A program made the translations under genes and the position numbers. The notes under the pieces are model-generated. The model saw nothing but the letters and a program-made list of their open reading frames with translations. It did no database searches and was not told the DNA's origin. A DNA stretch of 47,814 nucleotides from Chloroflexota bacterium (GTDB taxonomy: Bacteria > Chloroflexota > JAJPGV01), in contig DATKQD010000013.1 in NCBI GenBank assembly GCA_035532895.1, forward strand, positions 1 to 47,814, read 5' to 3'. Shown in pieces: positions 18,930 to 27,803 of the stretch (position 1 is its first letter; every line of letters begins with the position of its first letter).

Positions 18930-20522
18930 GTGAATGTGCTGGAGGTAGTCCGGCTGGGGCTGCCGCCGGGCGCGCGGCTCGTGGCTGGCAAGGCAGGGGC
19001 GGGGCGGCAAGTGAGCTGGGCGACCACGTTTCGCAGCCGCCCACCAGCACTCGATCACCTGGAGGGCGGCGAGTTGGTGCTGCTGTCACCGGCCGCGGTC
19101 CGCGTGGTGGACGCCTCGCTGAGCGTGAGCCGCATCATCACGAACCTCCAGCAGCGGGGCGTGTCGGCCCTGGCCGTGGCAGGAACTGTGGAGCGTGACG
19201 CCATCCAGGCGGCGGACGCATCCGTGTTGCCGGTGATCGAGCTGGCGGCCACCGCCGATTTGCACGGACTGGAGCGCTCCATCATCGGCCTGTTGGTGAA
19301 CAAAGAGGCCGAGCTGGAATCGCGCGCCAATCAGATTCAGCGCCAGCTGACGCAGGCTGCCATGCAGAACCGCGGGTTGGACGGCATCGTCCGCGAGCTG
19401 GCCACCCTCAGCGGTAAGAGCGTGGCCGTGCGTGATATGCGGCTGGACGTGCTGGCCCACGCGGGTGAGGAGCGCTGGCCTGGCGCCGGCCAACGCAAGG
19501 CCATGCAAGCCATGCTGCAGCGGCCGGTGAGCGTGACGCAGGAGGCGGCGGCTGAGTGGATCGGAGGCCAGCGCCAGGCCGACCCCTGCTGGGCAGCGGT
19601 CATCGCCGTGAATAATCGTGCGGGCGGCCTGGTGACACTGGCCGGCTCCGAAGAGGATCTTACCGAGCTGGATCAGCTGGTCACGTCGCGTGCCGCCACC
19701 GTGCTGGCCGTGGAGCTGCTGAAGGAGCGGGCGGTCGTCGAGGCGGAGACGAAGCTTCAGGGCGACTTTGTGCGCGATGTCCTGCGCGGGTCGTATGGCA
19801 ACGAATCGGCCGCGCTGGCGCGGTTGGCGCACCTGGATTGGGATGTCGCCGCGCGCCAGGGTGTGCTGGCGCTGAATGTGGGTGGCGCGGTCGAAGCGGG
19901 CGCGGCGGCACTGCGGGCGGCCGTGGGGCGGCGGGGCATCCGCCCTTTGGTGACGGTGTGGGAGGGCGAGGTGGCCTGCATCTACCCCTTGCCCGATGGC
20001 ACTGGTCCCGCGCAATGGCGTGACGCGGCTGAGCTGATTCGGGTAGAGGTTGGCGGAGAGTTGAGTGGCCGCCCCGTTTCCGGTGGCATCGGGCGCCCCA
20101 ACGCCGGGTTGCGTGGCTTGCAGCGCAGCTTCGTGGAAGCCGAACAGGCTCTTCGCGCCGGCGAGCGGCTCTTTGGGCCCGGCCAAACCGTGGCCTTCGC
20201 CGACCTCGGCGCCTACCGCCTGCTGGCGCACCTGCAGGGCACGCCCGAGCTGGATGCCTTTCAACAGGAGACGCTGGGCGAGCTGGCCGACTACGACCGC
20301 AAAACCGGCAGCCACCTCATGCAGACGCTGGAGGGCTTCTTCGCCACCAACGGCAATCTGAGCAAGACGGCGGAGGTGCTGTACGTGCATCGCAACACCC
20401 TGATGTACCGCCTCAACCGCATCCAGGAGCTCACTGGCATGTCGTTGGATGATGCCGAAACCCGCTTCGACCTCCAGCTCGCGCTCAAAATGCACCGTGT
20501 CGCCGCCACGCGAGGCCGGTAG
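18930..20522 (+). CDS. PucR/CdaR-family transcriptional regulator
   Basis: C-terminal HTH: NLSKTAEVLYVHRNTLMYRLNRIQELTG. PucR-like N-terminus: VLEVVRLGLPPGARLVAGKAG. GTG at 18930 is preferred over the track start at 18849. Confidence 0.85.
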   Translation: MNVLEVVRLGLPPGARLVAGKAGAGRQVSWATTFRSRPPALDHLEGGELVLLSPAAVRVVDASLSVSRIITNLQQRGVSALAVAGTVERDAIQAADASVLPVIELAATADLHGLERSIIGLLVNKEAELESRANQIQRQLTQAAMQNRGLDGIVRELATLSGKSVAVRDMRLDVLAHAGEERWPGAGQRKAMQAMLQRPVSVTQEAAAEWIGGQRQADPCWAAVIAVNNRAGGLVTLAGSEEDLTELDQLVTSRAATVLAVELLKERAVVEAETKLQGDFVRDVLRGSYGNESAALARLAHLDWDVAARQGVLALNVGGAVEAGAAALRAAVGRRGIRPLVTVWEGEVACIYPLPDGTGPAQWRDAAELIRVEVGGELSGRPVSGGIGRPNAGLRGLQRSFVEAEQALRAGERLFGPGQTVAFADLGAYRLLAHLQGTPELDAFQQETLGELADYDRKTGSHLMQTLEGFFATNGNLSKTAEVLYVHRNTLMYRLNRIQELTGMSLDDAETRFDLQLALKMHRVAATRGR

Positions 20523-20565
20523 CCGGCCGGTTTCCTGAGGCGCTGGCGCGGCCCACTTTCCGGCG

Positions 20566-20931
20566 CTAACGCAGCTCCGGATACTGGGCCGAGTGCGCCG
20601 CCCCCGCGAGCACCGCCACGGCGGCAAGGCGGGACAGGAGCGATCGCCCGCGCCAGCTGTCGGCCGCGGGGCGCAGGAGGATCAGTTCCCCGGCGCTCGC
20701 TACCACGCCCACCAGTCCCCCGGCGAGCGACCGCCAACGCCGGTGCGCCACGTCGTGCGCCGTCCACAGCAGCGCGCCCAGCAGCAACGTGCCCCCGCTC
20801 AGCGCCAATGCGCCACGGGCTGCCCAGCCCAGCTTGGTGCTCGCCCGCAGCCCAGCCAGCTGCGCCCCGGCGACCAGTCCCGCCTCTGCCACATAGACTT
20901 GTCGCCAAGCCTGCAACGTCGAACGCCTCAT
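20566..20931 (-). CDS. Hypothetical membrane protein
   Basis: About 121 aa from MRRSTLQAW, with 3-4 hydrophobic segments. Lies downstream of the formyltransferase on the same strand. Confidence 0.35.
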   Translation of the reverse strand: MRRSTLQAWRQVYVAEAGLVAGAQLAGLRASTKLGWAARGALALSGGTLLLGALLWTAHDVAHRRWRSLAGGLVGVVASAGELILLRPAADSWRGRSLLSRLAAVAVLAGAAHSAQYPELR

Positions 20932-20975
20932 ACCGCATCCGATCATCTCACAGCCTGCCGGCTCATGGAGCGCGC

Positions 20976-21938
20976 TCACGAGGCGAGTGGCGAGGCCCGC
21001 CTCTCGGCGGCGGGACCGATGGTGAGGTGCAGGCTGCCCGGCCGGCAAGGCACAATCAGGTGCTGCCCCGACCGCCAGGGCGCGTCCAGGGCGGCCTGCA
21101 TGTCGTACAGATCAGCAGAGACAACCGGCCAGGGCTGGCCCTCGTGGGTGACGGTGAGCGGATACCGCGCAACTGTGCCGCGAACGAAGGCGAATGCCTG
21201 CTGGGCGGAGACATTGGTGGGAACCTCCAGGTCGGTGGCAGCGGGGGCGCGATCGTATGTTGACTCGCGTTCATCCTGGGGAGTTTGCTGAGCGGTGCCG
21301 TTCGCCAGCGCATCGAGCGTTTGCAGCAGCAGCTCGGCTCCCACCGTTGCGCAGGTCGCTTCGAGCTCGTCCACCGTCATCCCGAGGCGCATCGGGAGGC
21401 GCCGTTGCCGCAGGATTGGGCCGGCATCGAGCTGGTCGTCCATCAGGTGCACGGTCACGCCTGTTTCGTGCAGGCCATGGCGAAAGGCCCAGAAGAGTGG
21501 ATCTGGCCCTCGGCCGAGGGGCAGCAGCGAAGGGTGGACGTTGAGCGCGCCCCCCGGTGCCAGCTGCCGGAATGTGGCCGGGAGGCGCCAGGGGAAGCAG
21601 GCTGCAGTCATGACGCTCGCCCGCAGTTCTCGCAAGCGAGCGAGCGTGGCCGCCGCCCGCGGTTGGCCCACCTCCAGGGCGGGAATCCCGTGCTCCCAGG
21701 CGAGCGTGAGGATATCTCGGGCAGGCGAAGCCAGCAGCGGCAGCGCCGGCCTGCCAAAGGAGGCCCGCAGGTCGTGTATGGAGCTGTTGGGTGGCCCGGC
21801 CAGCAGCACGGCTACCACTGGAACGCTGGCCGCCAGCAGCGCCTCCAGGGGTGGCACCGAGAAGCGGCCCCGTGTGCCCAGGTAGAGCACCCGCTGTCGG
21901 GCGGCTGGGCGCTGTGTGGCAGCGCTGGCCGAACCCAT
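20976..21938 (-). CDS. Formyltransferase family protein (Fmt-like, with C-terminal domain)
   Basis: Catalytic motif NVHPSLLPLGRGPDPLFWA and HLMDDQLDAGPIL. Not next to def, so it is not necessarily the housekeeping fmt. Confidence 0.8.
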   Translation of the reverse strand: MGSASAATQRPAARQRVLYLGTRGRFSVPPLEALLAASVPVVAVLLAGPPNSSIHDLRASFGRPALPLLASPARDILTLAWEHGIPALEVGQPRAAATLARLRELRASVMTAACFPWRLPATFRQLAPGGALNVHPSLLPLGRGPDPLFWAFRHGLHETGVTVHLMDDQLDAGPILRQRRLPMRLGMTVDELEATCATVGAELLLQTLDALANGTAQQTPQDERESTYDRAPAATDLEVPTNVSAQQAFAFVRGTVARYPLTVTHEGQPWPVVSADLYDMQAALDAPWRSGQHLIVPCRPGSLHLTIGPAAERRASPLAS

Positions 21939-21945
21939 GCCTATA

Positions 21946-21972
21946 CTCTCTCAGAAGAGAGGCCATATGGCC
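21946..21972. promoter_or_regulatory. Two abutting palindromes in the 48-bp divergent region (CTCTCT-caga-AGAGAG and GGCCATATGGCC)
   Basis: Read directly: 21946-21961 and 21961-21972. Confidence 0.35.
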
Positions 21973-21986
21973 AAGGAGGCAATGGA

Positions 21987-22286
21987 TTGGCACGAACCGT
22001 GCACTGTGTGAAGTTGGATCGAGACTTGCCTGGCCTGGAAACGCCTCCCATCGGCGGCCCGCTGGGCCAACGCATATTCGAGAACGTGTCTCAGCAGGCG
22101 TGGGGCCTGTGGGAGTCGCAGGCCACGCTGCTGATGAACCACTACGGCTTGAGCATGGGTGATCCAGATGCCCGCAAGTTCATTGTGGAGCAGATGGAGG
22201 AGTTCTTCTTCAGCCCAGATGCCAAGATGCCAGCCGACTTTGAGCCTGGCAACGTTAAGGGAGGCGCCGCGCCGGCCAAGAAGTGA
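21987..22286 (+). CDS. yggX: YggX-like Fe(2+)-trafficking / oxidative-damage protection protein
   Basis: (M)ARTVHCVKLDRDLPGLETPPIGGPLGQRIFENVSQQAWGLW... aligns by eye with E. coli YggX (MSRTIFCTFLQREAEG...GKRIYNEISKEAWAQW). TTG start at 21987 sits 7 nt after AAGGAGG. Confidence 0.8.
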   Translation: MARTVHCVKLDRDLPGLETPPIGGPLGQRIFENVSQQAWGLWESQATLLMNHYGLSMGDPDARKFIVEQMEEFFFSPDAKMPADFEPGNVKGGAAPAKK

Positions 22287-23773
22287 ACGCGAGGGGCGAC
22301 ATCCTGCTCGTTTCCTGTTACGAACTCGGCCACCAGCCGCTCACCCTCGCATCGCCCCTGGCCACGCTGAGCAGCGCGGGCTATACCCCGGCCGCCGTGG
22401 ATACCGCGTTGGCTGATCTCACCGACGCGGACATCCGGCGGGCAAAGCTGATCGCCATTTCAGTGCCGATGCATACGGCGCTGCGCCTGGGGGTGGACCT
22501 TGCGCGGCGCATCCGCTCGGCGAACCCAGCCGCGCATGTCTGCTTCTACGGCTTGTACGCCTGGCTGAACGCGGCCTACCTCTTTGCCGAGGGTCTGGTC
22601 GATTCCGTCATCGGCGGGGAGTTCGAAACACCGCTGCTCGAGCTGGCGGAGCAGCTCAGCGGTGGGGCAGCGCGCGGGAGCATCGCGGCCAGTCAGAGCT
22701 CGGCAGCAAGGAACCACTCCAGTACGGCGGGACAGCCTATCCCCGGAGTGTCGCGGCTGGGACACCCCGCTGCGCCGTATCTGCAGCGGGTGCCGTTCCA
22801 GTTGCCCCAGCGGGAGGGCCTGCCCGCCTTGGCCGCCTACGCCGGTTTGCTGCGCGATGGCGCCGTGGTCCCGGCGGGCTACGTCGAGGCTACTCGCGGT
22901 TGCAAGCACACCTGTGCACACTGCCCCATTACGCCGGTTTACCGTGGCCGGTTCTTCGCCGTGCCACGGGAGCTGGTGCTCGCGGACGTGCGCCAACAGG
23001 TGCGGGCCGGCGCACGCCACATCACCTTTGGCGATCCCGATTTTCTGAACGGCCCGACCCACGCCCTGCGCCTTGCACGTGCGCTGCACGCTGAGTTCCC
23101 CGACCTGACGTTTGACGTGACGGTGAAGGTCGAGCACATCCTGGCCCACCGCGAGCTGTTGCCGGAGTTGGGCGAGTTGGGCTGCGCCTTCCTGGTGTCG
23201 GCGGTCGAATCGCTGAGCGACACCGTGTTGGCGCACCTACGCAAGGGGCACACCAGGGCCGATGTGGCTGCGGCGCTGGAGGTGCTGCGTGCCGCCGCCA
23301 TCCCGCTGCGCGCATCGCTCGTCTCATTCACGCCGTGGACCACTCTGGAGGACTATCTCGACTTGCTGGACTTTGTGGCGGCCGAAGGCTTGATCGATAG
23401 CATCGATCCGGTCCATTACGCTATCCGGCTGCTGGTGCCGCCCGGTTCCGCCCTGCTGGACGATCTGGCCGCCGCTGACTGGCTGGGCCCGCTGGACGAA
23501 GCCTCGTTTGGCTATGCCTGGGTGCACGCGGATGCTCGGATGGAGCGGCTGTTCGAGGAGGTGTCCGGCATCGTCGCGGAGGCCGCGTGCGAGGGGCACG
23601 ATGCCGCGGCCACCTTCGGCCAGGTGCGCCAGGCTGCACAACGCCAGGCGGGCGTGCCCCTGTCGCCCCTGCCGAACCTAGCCCCCAACCGCCCTCTTCC
23701 GCCCCGTCTCACCGAAACCTGGTTTTGCTGCGCCGAGCCAGTGCAGCAGCAGTTGGTCAAACTGGCGCATTAG
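22283..23773 (+). CDS. Radical SAM protein with a B12-binding-like N-domain and a C-terminal CCAEP motif (CUAEP/CCAEP-tail family, recalled from memory)
   Basis: CxxxCxxC: GCKHTCAHCP. N-terminal Rossmann-like segment: ILLVSCYELGHQP...KLIAISVPMH. Tail: TWFCCAEPVQQQLVKLAH. The GTG start overlaps the yggX stop (GTGA). Confidence 0.8.
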   Translation: MNARGDILLVSCYELGHQPLTLASPLATLSSAGYTPAAVDTALADLTDADIRRAKLIAISVPMHTALRLGVDLARRIRSANPAAHVCFYGLYAWLNAAYLFAEGLVDSVIGGEFETPLLELAEQLSGGAARGSIAASQSSAARNHSSTAGQPIPGVSRLGHPAAPYLQRVPFQLPQREGLPALAAYAGLLRDGAVVPAGYVEATRGCKHTCAHCPITPVYRGRFFAVPRELVLADVRQQVRAGARHITFGDPDFLNGPTHALRLARALHAEFPDLTFDVTVKVEHILAHRELLPELGELGCAFLVSAVESLSDTVLAHLRKGHTRADVAAALEVLRAAAIPLRASLVSFTPWTTLEDYLDLLDFVAAEGLIDSIDPVHYAIRLLVPPGSALLDDLAAADWLGPLDEASFGYAWVHADARMERLFEEVSGIVAEAACEGHDAAATFGQVRQAAQRQAGVPLSPLPNLAPNRPLPPRLTETWFCCAEPVQQQLVKLAH

Positions 23774-23905
23774 CGTGCCCTGCGCTCAAGGCTGCCGTGC
23801 GGCGGCCGATACTCCAGGTAAGGGCATGGATGCCCGATAGAACGGTTCTCCCGGGAGAGACCGGGCCGGAATGGATGCCGGTTGGAAGCTGGTCGACCCG
23901 AAGGA

Positions 23906-23948
23906 ACGAGGGGCTCACGCGGTAGGGTGAGCCCCTCGTTTCTCGTTT
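23906..23948 (+). terminator. Strong intrinsic terminator (13-bp perfect stem)
   Basis: ACGAGGGGCTCAC gcggtagg GTGAGCCCCTCGT followed by TTCTCGTTTC. Lies between convergent genes. Confidence 0.7.
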
Positions 23949-24053
23949 CGCGTCATGTGGGAGGCAGGGCACGAAAGGTTCGGCCCTTCACGGTCAGAGG
24001 GCGCGACAAAAGCCGCGGACCGCGCGGAGCTGGCGCGTTGCCGGACGGTCCGT

Positions 24054-24677
24054 CTACGCCGGTCGGCGACCAAAGAATGCTGGAGCCTGCGCGAGCAGCA
24101 GGACCGGCAGTGCGATGTCAGGGATCAGGCTCTGGCGCAGAATTTGCCCGTCGTGGCGGCCGAAGGTCAGCGTGTAGGCCACGTCCGCGATGAGTACGAT
24201 CCAGCAAGCCCACCAGGCCCACACCTCTCGCCGGCGGAAGGGAATGACCACGATCACCAGGAAGAGCAGCGCGAACACCAGCTCGTGAATGGCGTAGCCA
24301 TACTCCAGCAATGTGACGTAATGGGCCACGCCAGGCGTGGCGGCGACGGCCGCGGGCCAGGCAACGCCCGCCAGGGCGTGAAATGTGGCCGAGTGGTCGG
24401 AAGGTAGGCCGACAGCGCGGTCCGACACGATATCCAGGATCGATGAAACTATCGGAAACAGGGCCAGCAAAACCAGCAGCAGCCACGCCACCCGCGCGTA
24501 CCTCGCGGACTTCAGGCGCCAGCCAATCCAATGTGAGATAGCAGAATGGACATCGCGGTGGCTCCTTATGCCGTGGCCTTGCTCGGGCCGGAAATGCGCT
24601 GCTTTTCCACCTTCATCGGGAAAGTTGGAAGCGTTGTGCTGGGCGCGTGTTCGGTGCTGTGGCGAAGCAACAATCAC
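24054..24677 (-). CDS. Hypothetical multi-pass membrane protein
   Basis: About 4 TM segments. The GTG start overlaps the ATP-grasp stop (GTGA, 24674-24677). A shorter internal start is possible. Confidence 0.5.
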   Translation of the reverse strand: MIVASPQHRTRAQHNASNFPDEGGKAAHFRPEQGHGIRSHRDVHSAISHWIGWRLKSARYARVAWLLLVLLALFPIVSSILDIVSDRAVGLPSDHSATFHALAGVAWPAAVAATPGVAHYVTLLEYGYAIHELVFALLFLVIVVIPFRRREVWAWWACWIVLIADVAYTLTFGRHDGQILRQSLIPDIALPVLLLAQAPAFFGRRPA

Positions 24678-25975
24678 GCCAGGTCGAGCGAGAGGAGGGG
24701 CAGCTCCGGCTCGATGTCGATGGCTAAGCAGCCGTGGGCTTCGCGCAGTGCCTGCTCGACGTCGGCGGGACTGCCGCCACGAGCAAAGATGAACCCCAGG
24801 TAGCTGGCGCCTTCGGGCAGGGCCACGATGCGTTGGTTGGGCCGGATGCTGATCTCCACGCTACGCACCAGCGGCACTGCCTGCGCCGCTTCAATGCCGG
24901 AACAGCCCCGAAAACGCCCGCTGCCGGGTATAGGGATCATCATCACCCCGACGGCCCCGCGAGTACGCTTCGCGCCGGCCGGCAAGCCAGTGAAATGTCG
25001 CAGGATCAGTTCCTCCAACGGCATGCCGCTGCCGAACTCCAAAATGCTGGCGCACAGGCCGCCGATGGAGCGGCCGGCCAGCTCCACCATCCAGGGCCCG
25101 GCCCGGTTCACGCGCAGCTCGGCGTGTACGGGCCCCTCGCACAGCCCCACGGCGCGAGCCGCCGCCTCGGCGCAGGACGCGATCTGCCGCTGCGTGTTCG
25201 TGGGCAGCCGTGATGGCGTGACGTACAACGTTTCCTCGAAGAAGGGGCCGTCCAGTGGGTCTGGCTTGTCGAACAGGGCAAGCACACGCAGGCTGCCAGC
25301 CGTCAGGAGTCCCTCCAGAGCCACCTCACGGCCGGGGATGAAGCGCTCCACGAGCAACTGGCCGCCGTGATCGCTGGCGTCGGCCAGCAGCATGCGCCTA
25401 ATGCGGGCGAACGCGGCGCAAAACTCGGCCGGGTTGTTCGCGCGGATCACGCCGCGGCTGCCTGACAGGCGCAGGGGTTTCAGGACGCAGGGGAAGGTGG
25501 TGTGCGCCGCAAGGGTTTGAGGGTTGGCATCCAGGCTCACCGCCTGGAATTCGGGTGATGGCACGCCCGTGGCCGCGAAGGCGCGGCGCATGAGCAGCTT
25601 GTCCCGGGCGGCCAGAGCGGATTCGGGTGGATTGCTGGGCAGGTGCAGCAGGTCGCCGAGGTGCGCGGCCAGCACAGTGGCGCCGTCATCCACGGGTACT
25701 ACGGCATTCAGCGGCGTGTCCGCCAGCCGCTCGGCCAGCGCTCGAGCCGACTCCGCAGGCTGGCTGAAGGGCACCCCCAGGTCAACGTGCCAGTACGCCG
25801 CCAGCGCCGTTGGCAGGTCAATGGCTTGCAGCACCTGCAACTTCAGCCGCTCAGCCGCTGCCAAAAAGGCGGCCGAGCGGTAGCTCTTGCTGGACACCAG
25901 CAGCAGCACTCGCTTACGCCTCTTTCCGTCGGCTGTCGTGCTGCCGCCCTGGGACTGGTGTGCCTGCATCAGCAT
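24674..25975 (-). CDS. ATP-grasp domain protein (carboxylate-amine / L-amino-acid-ligase-like)
   Basis: Segments: DKLLMRRAFAATGVPSPEF, FPCVLKPLRLSGSRGVIRA, LLVERFIPGREVALEGL, GPVHAELRV...VELAGRSIGG. Confidence 0.8.
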   Translation of the reverse strand: MLMQAHQSQGGSTTADGKRRKRVLLLVSSKSYRSAAFLAAAERLKLQVLQAIDLPTALAAYWHVDLGVPFSQPAESARALAERLADTPLNAVVPVDDGATVLAAHLGDLLHLPSNPPESALAARDKLLMRRAFAATGVPSPEFQAVSLDANPQTLAAHTTFPCVLKPLRLSGSRGVIRANNPAEFCAAFARIRRMLLADASDHGGQLLVERFIPGREVALEGLLTAGSLRVLALFDKPDPLDGPFFEETLYVTPSRLPTNTQRQIASCAEAAARAVGLCEGPVHAELRVNRAGPWMVELAGRSIGGLCASILEFGSGMPLEELILRHFTGLPAGAKRTRGAVGVMMIPIPGSGRFRGCSGIEAAQAVPLVRSVEISIRPNQRIVALPEGASYLGFIFARGGSPADVEQALREAHGCLAIDIEPELPLLSLDLA

Positions 25976-26032
25976 CGAGGGTATCGCGCGCTGTTGCGCG
26001 AAAAGGGTCGGCGAGAGGACCCGGCCGAGTGC

Positions 26033-26869
26033 TTAGACGTCTCGGCGCGACATGATGGCCGCCCCGGCGAAAAAGAGGACGATGACGTAGAGCAGCGCCC
26101 AGCCGACCATGGGCGTGGCTATGGGCGAGCTAGAGAGGAAGGGGACGCCCCGAGTGGCTTGCAGCGCGATGGCCACGTTGGCTGGCTCCAGGAAGTAGGA
26201 GGCGCCCCGCCACAGGATGTCCGTCGGCACCAGCAGACTGCTGACGATGCCGGCGGTCACCAGGCTGCTCACGTTGAGCTGCTGGCCGACGGTTTCGACC
26301 AACCCGCCCATCCAGGCGAGGCCGTACAGCATGAGCGGCAGAATGCCGCTGGGCAGGCTGCCTAAGAACGCCCCGAAGAGCAGCCGCAGCGTGAGCATCA
26401 CCAGGCCCTCCAGCAGCAGCAGCGCACTCGCGCCCAACAGCTGCGCCGGTAGATAGCCGCTGGCCAGCCACACCACGCCGGCGATGGCGATGGAGAGCAG
26501 CACCACGTAGAGCAGCAGCAAAACAGCGGACCCGAGCCACTTGCCCGCCAGCAGCTCTATCCGGCGCACGGGCCGCGCCAGCAAGCCCTGCAGCAGGCCG
26601 CTGTCCGCATCGCTGCGGGAGCTGGCGCCGGGGATGAACACTGCCAGAACGGCGATCATGAAGCTCGCCACGAAGAAGGCCAGCAGGTCGATGGCGGCCA
26701 TGCCAACCGCGTGCTCCAGGGCGCTGTTCGCCGCGGTGGCCAGATCCAGTTTGTGGACCCCCCAGGCCATCAACATGACGAAGACGGCGGTGAGCCCGCC
26801 GGCCAGGGCAATGATCCGGTTACGCGACGCTTCGCGCAGCGTTAACAGGGCGAAGGTCCAAACTGCCAT
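26033..26869 (-). CDS. ABC-2-type transporter permease
   Basis: About 6 TM segments; N-terminus FALLTLREASRNRIIAL is typical of ABC-2 permeases. Follows the ATPase gene. Confidence 0.75.
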   Translation of the reverse strand: MAVWTFALLTLREASRNRIIALAGGLTAVFVMLMAWGVHKLDLATAANSALEHAVGMAAIDLLAFFVASFMIAVLAVFIPGASSRSDADSGLLQGLLARPVRRIELLAGKWLGSAVLLLLYVVLLSIAIAGVVWLASGYLPAQLLGASALLLLEGLVMLTLRLLFGAFLGSLPSGILPLMLYGLAWMGGLVETVGQQLNVSSLVTAGIVSSLLVPTDILWRGASYFLEPANVAIALQATRGVPFLSSSPIATPMVGWALLYVIVLFFAGAAIMSRRDV

Positions 26870-27791
26870 CCTCTTCCCTCTCTACCAGCTCCACAAAGCG
26901 ATCTTCCAGGGTCGCGTGTAACGGTTTCATTTCCAGTAGGTCCGCCCCGCGCGCTACGAGAAAGCGCGCTACCTCGGCGGCATCCCGCGGCTCAGCGAGC
27001 GCGATGACCAGCCGGCTGGCGCTGCGCTCGGAGACGGCCCACCGCTCCGCCAGCAGGGCCGCGGAGGGCTCGTCCAGCCCTTCCACGCGCAGCTCCAGCC
27101 GGGGCTGAGCACCCACGAGGTCCTCGACGCGCCCCTCCTCGATCACACGGCCGCGGCTCACGATGGCGACGCGGTCGCATGTCATCTCCACCTCGCTCAG
27201 CAGGTGTGAGTTGAGGAACACCGTCACGCCCTGCGCCTTGAGGCGCTGAATGATGATGCGAACATCTCTGCGGCCGAGCGGATCCAGCGCGGAAGTGGGC
27301 TCGTCCAGGATCACCAGCTCGGGCCAGTTCAGCAGGGCCTGCGCCAGGCCCAGCCGCTGCTGCATGCCCTTGCTGAAGGTGCCGATGCGCTGGCGGGCCG
27401 CTTGGCCCAGACCCACCAGCTCCAGCACTTCGGGGATGCGCTGAGCCTGGCTGGACCGGTCCATGTGGCAGAGGTCACCGTGCAGCCGCAGCAGCTCTTC
27501 CGCGCTCAGCCAGTCCTGAAAACGGAAGAGCTCCGGCAGGAAGCCGACCTTCAAGCGGGCGTCGATGTCGCCGAGTGGCCGGCCCAGCAGCGTGCCGTGG
27601 CCGCCGCTGGGTCGTGCCAGGCCGGTGAGGATCTTCACCGAGGTGGTTTTGCCGGCGCCGTTGGGGCCCAGAAAGCCGAACACCTCGCCGCGCGGAACCT
27701 CCAGCGTCAGCTCGTGGAGGGCGATCTTAGCGCCGTAAACCTTGCGCAGCTCGGAGGCAGTGAGCGCTGCCCCCGAGCTCGTGATCGACAA
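26820..27791 (-). CDS. ABC transporter ATP-binding protein
   Basis: Walker A GPNGAGKTT; signature-like FSKGMQQRLGLA; Walker B LVILDEPTSALD. TTG start. Confidence 0.9.
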   Translation of the reverse strand: MSITSSGAALTASELRKVYGAKIALHELTLEVPRGEVFGFLGPNGAGKTTSVKILTGLARPSGGHGTLLGRPLGDIDARLKVGFLPELFRFQDWLSAEELLRLHGDLCHMDRSSQAQRIPEVLELVGLGQAARQRIGTFSKGMQQRLGLAQALLNWPELVILDEPTSALDPLGRRDVRIIIQRLKAQGVTVFLNSHLLSEVEMTCDRVAIVSRGRVIEEGRVEDLVGAQPRLELRVEGLDEPSAALLAERWAVSERSASRLVIALAEPRDAAEVARFLVARGADLLEMKPLHATLEDRFVELVEREEDGSLDLRPVNAARSVA

Positions 27792-27803
27792 GATTCGGCA
27801 GCC

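Noticed and set aside
23757-23972. 71-aa ORF on the minus strand in the spacer after the radical SAM gene, considered as a possible precursor peptide for the ATP-grasp or radical SAM enzymes.
   Set aside because: It overlaps the radical SAM stop and the terminator hairpin. It has no RBS and no leader/core-like organisation or Cys/Ser/Thr-rich core, and its composition resembles a random GC-rich frame.
26820-26869. 50-nt overlap between the ABC ATPase and ABC-2 permease genes, considered as a possible frameshift or fusion signal.
   Set aside because: Both reading frames are intact with family-typical termini (ATPase C-tail, permease N-terminus MAVWTFALLTLREASRNR). A plain overlap is the simplest explanation.
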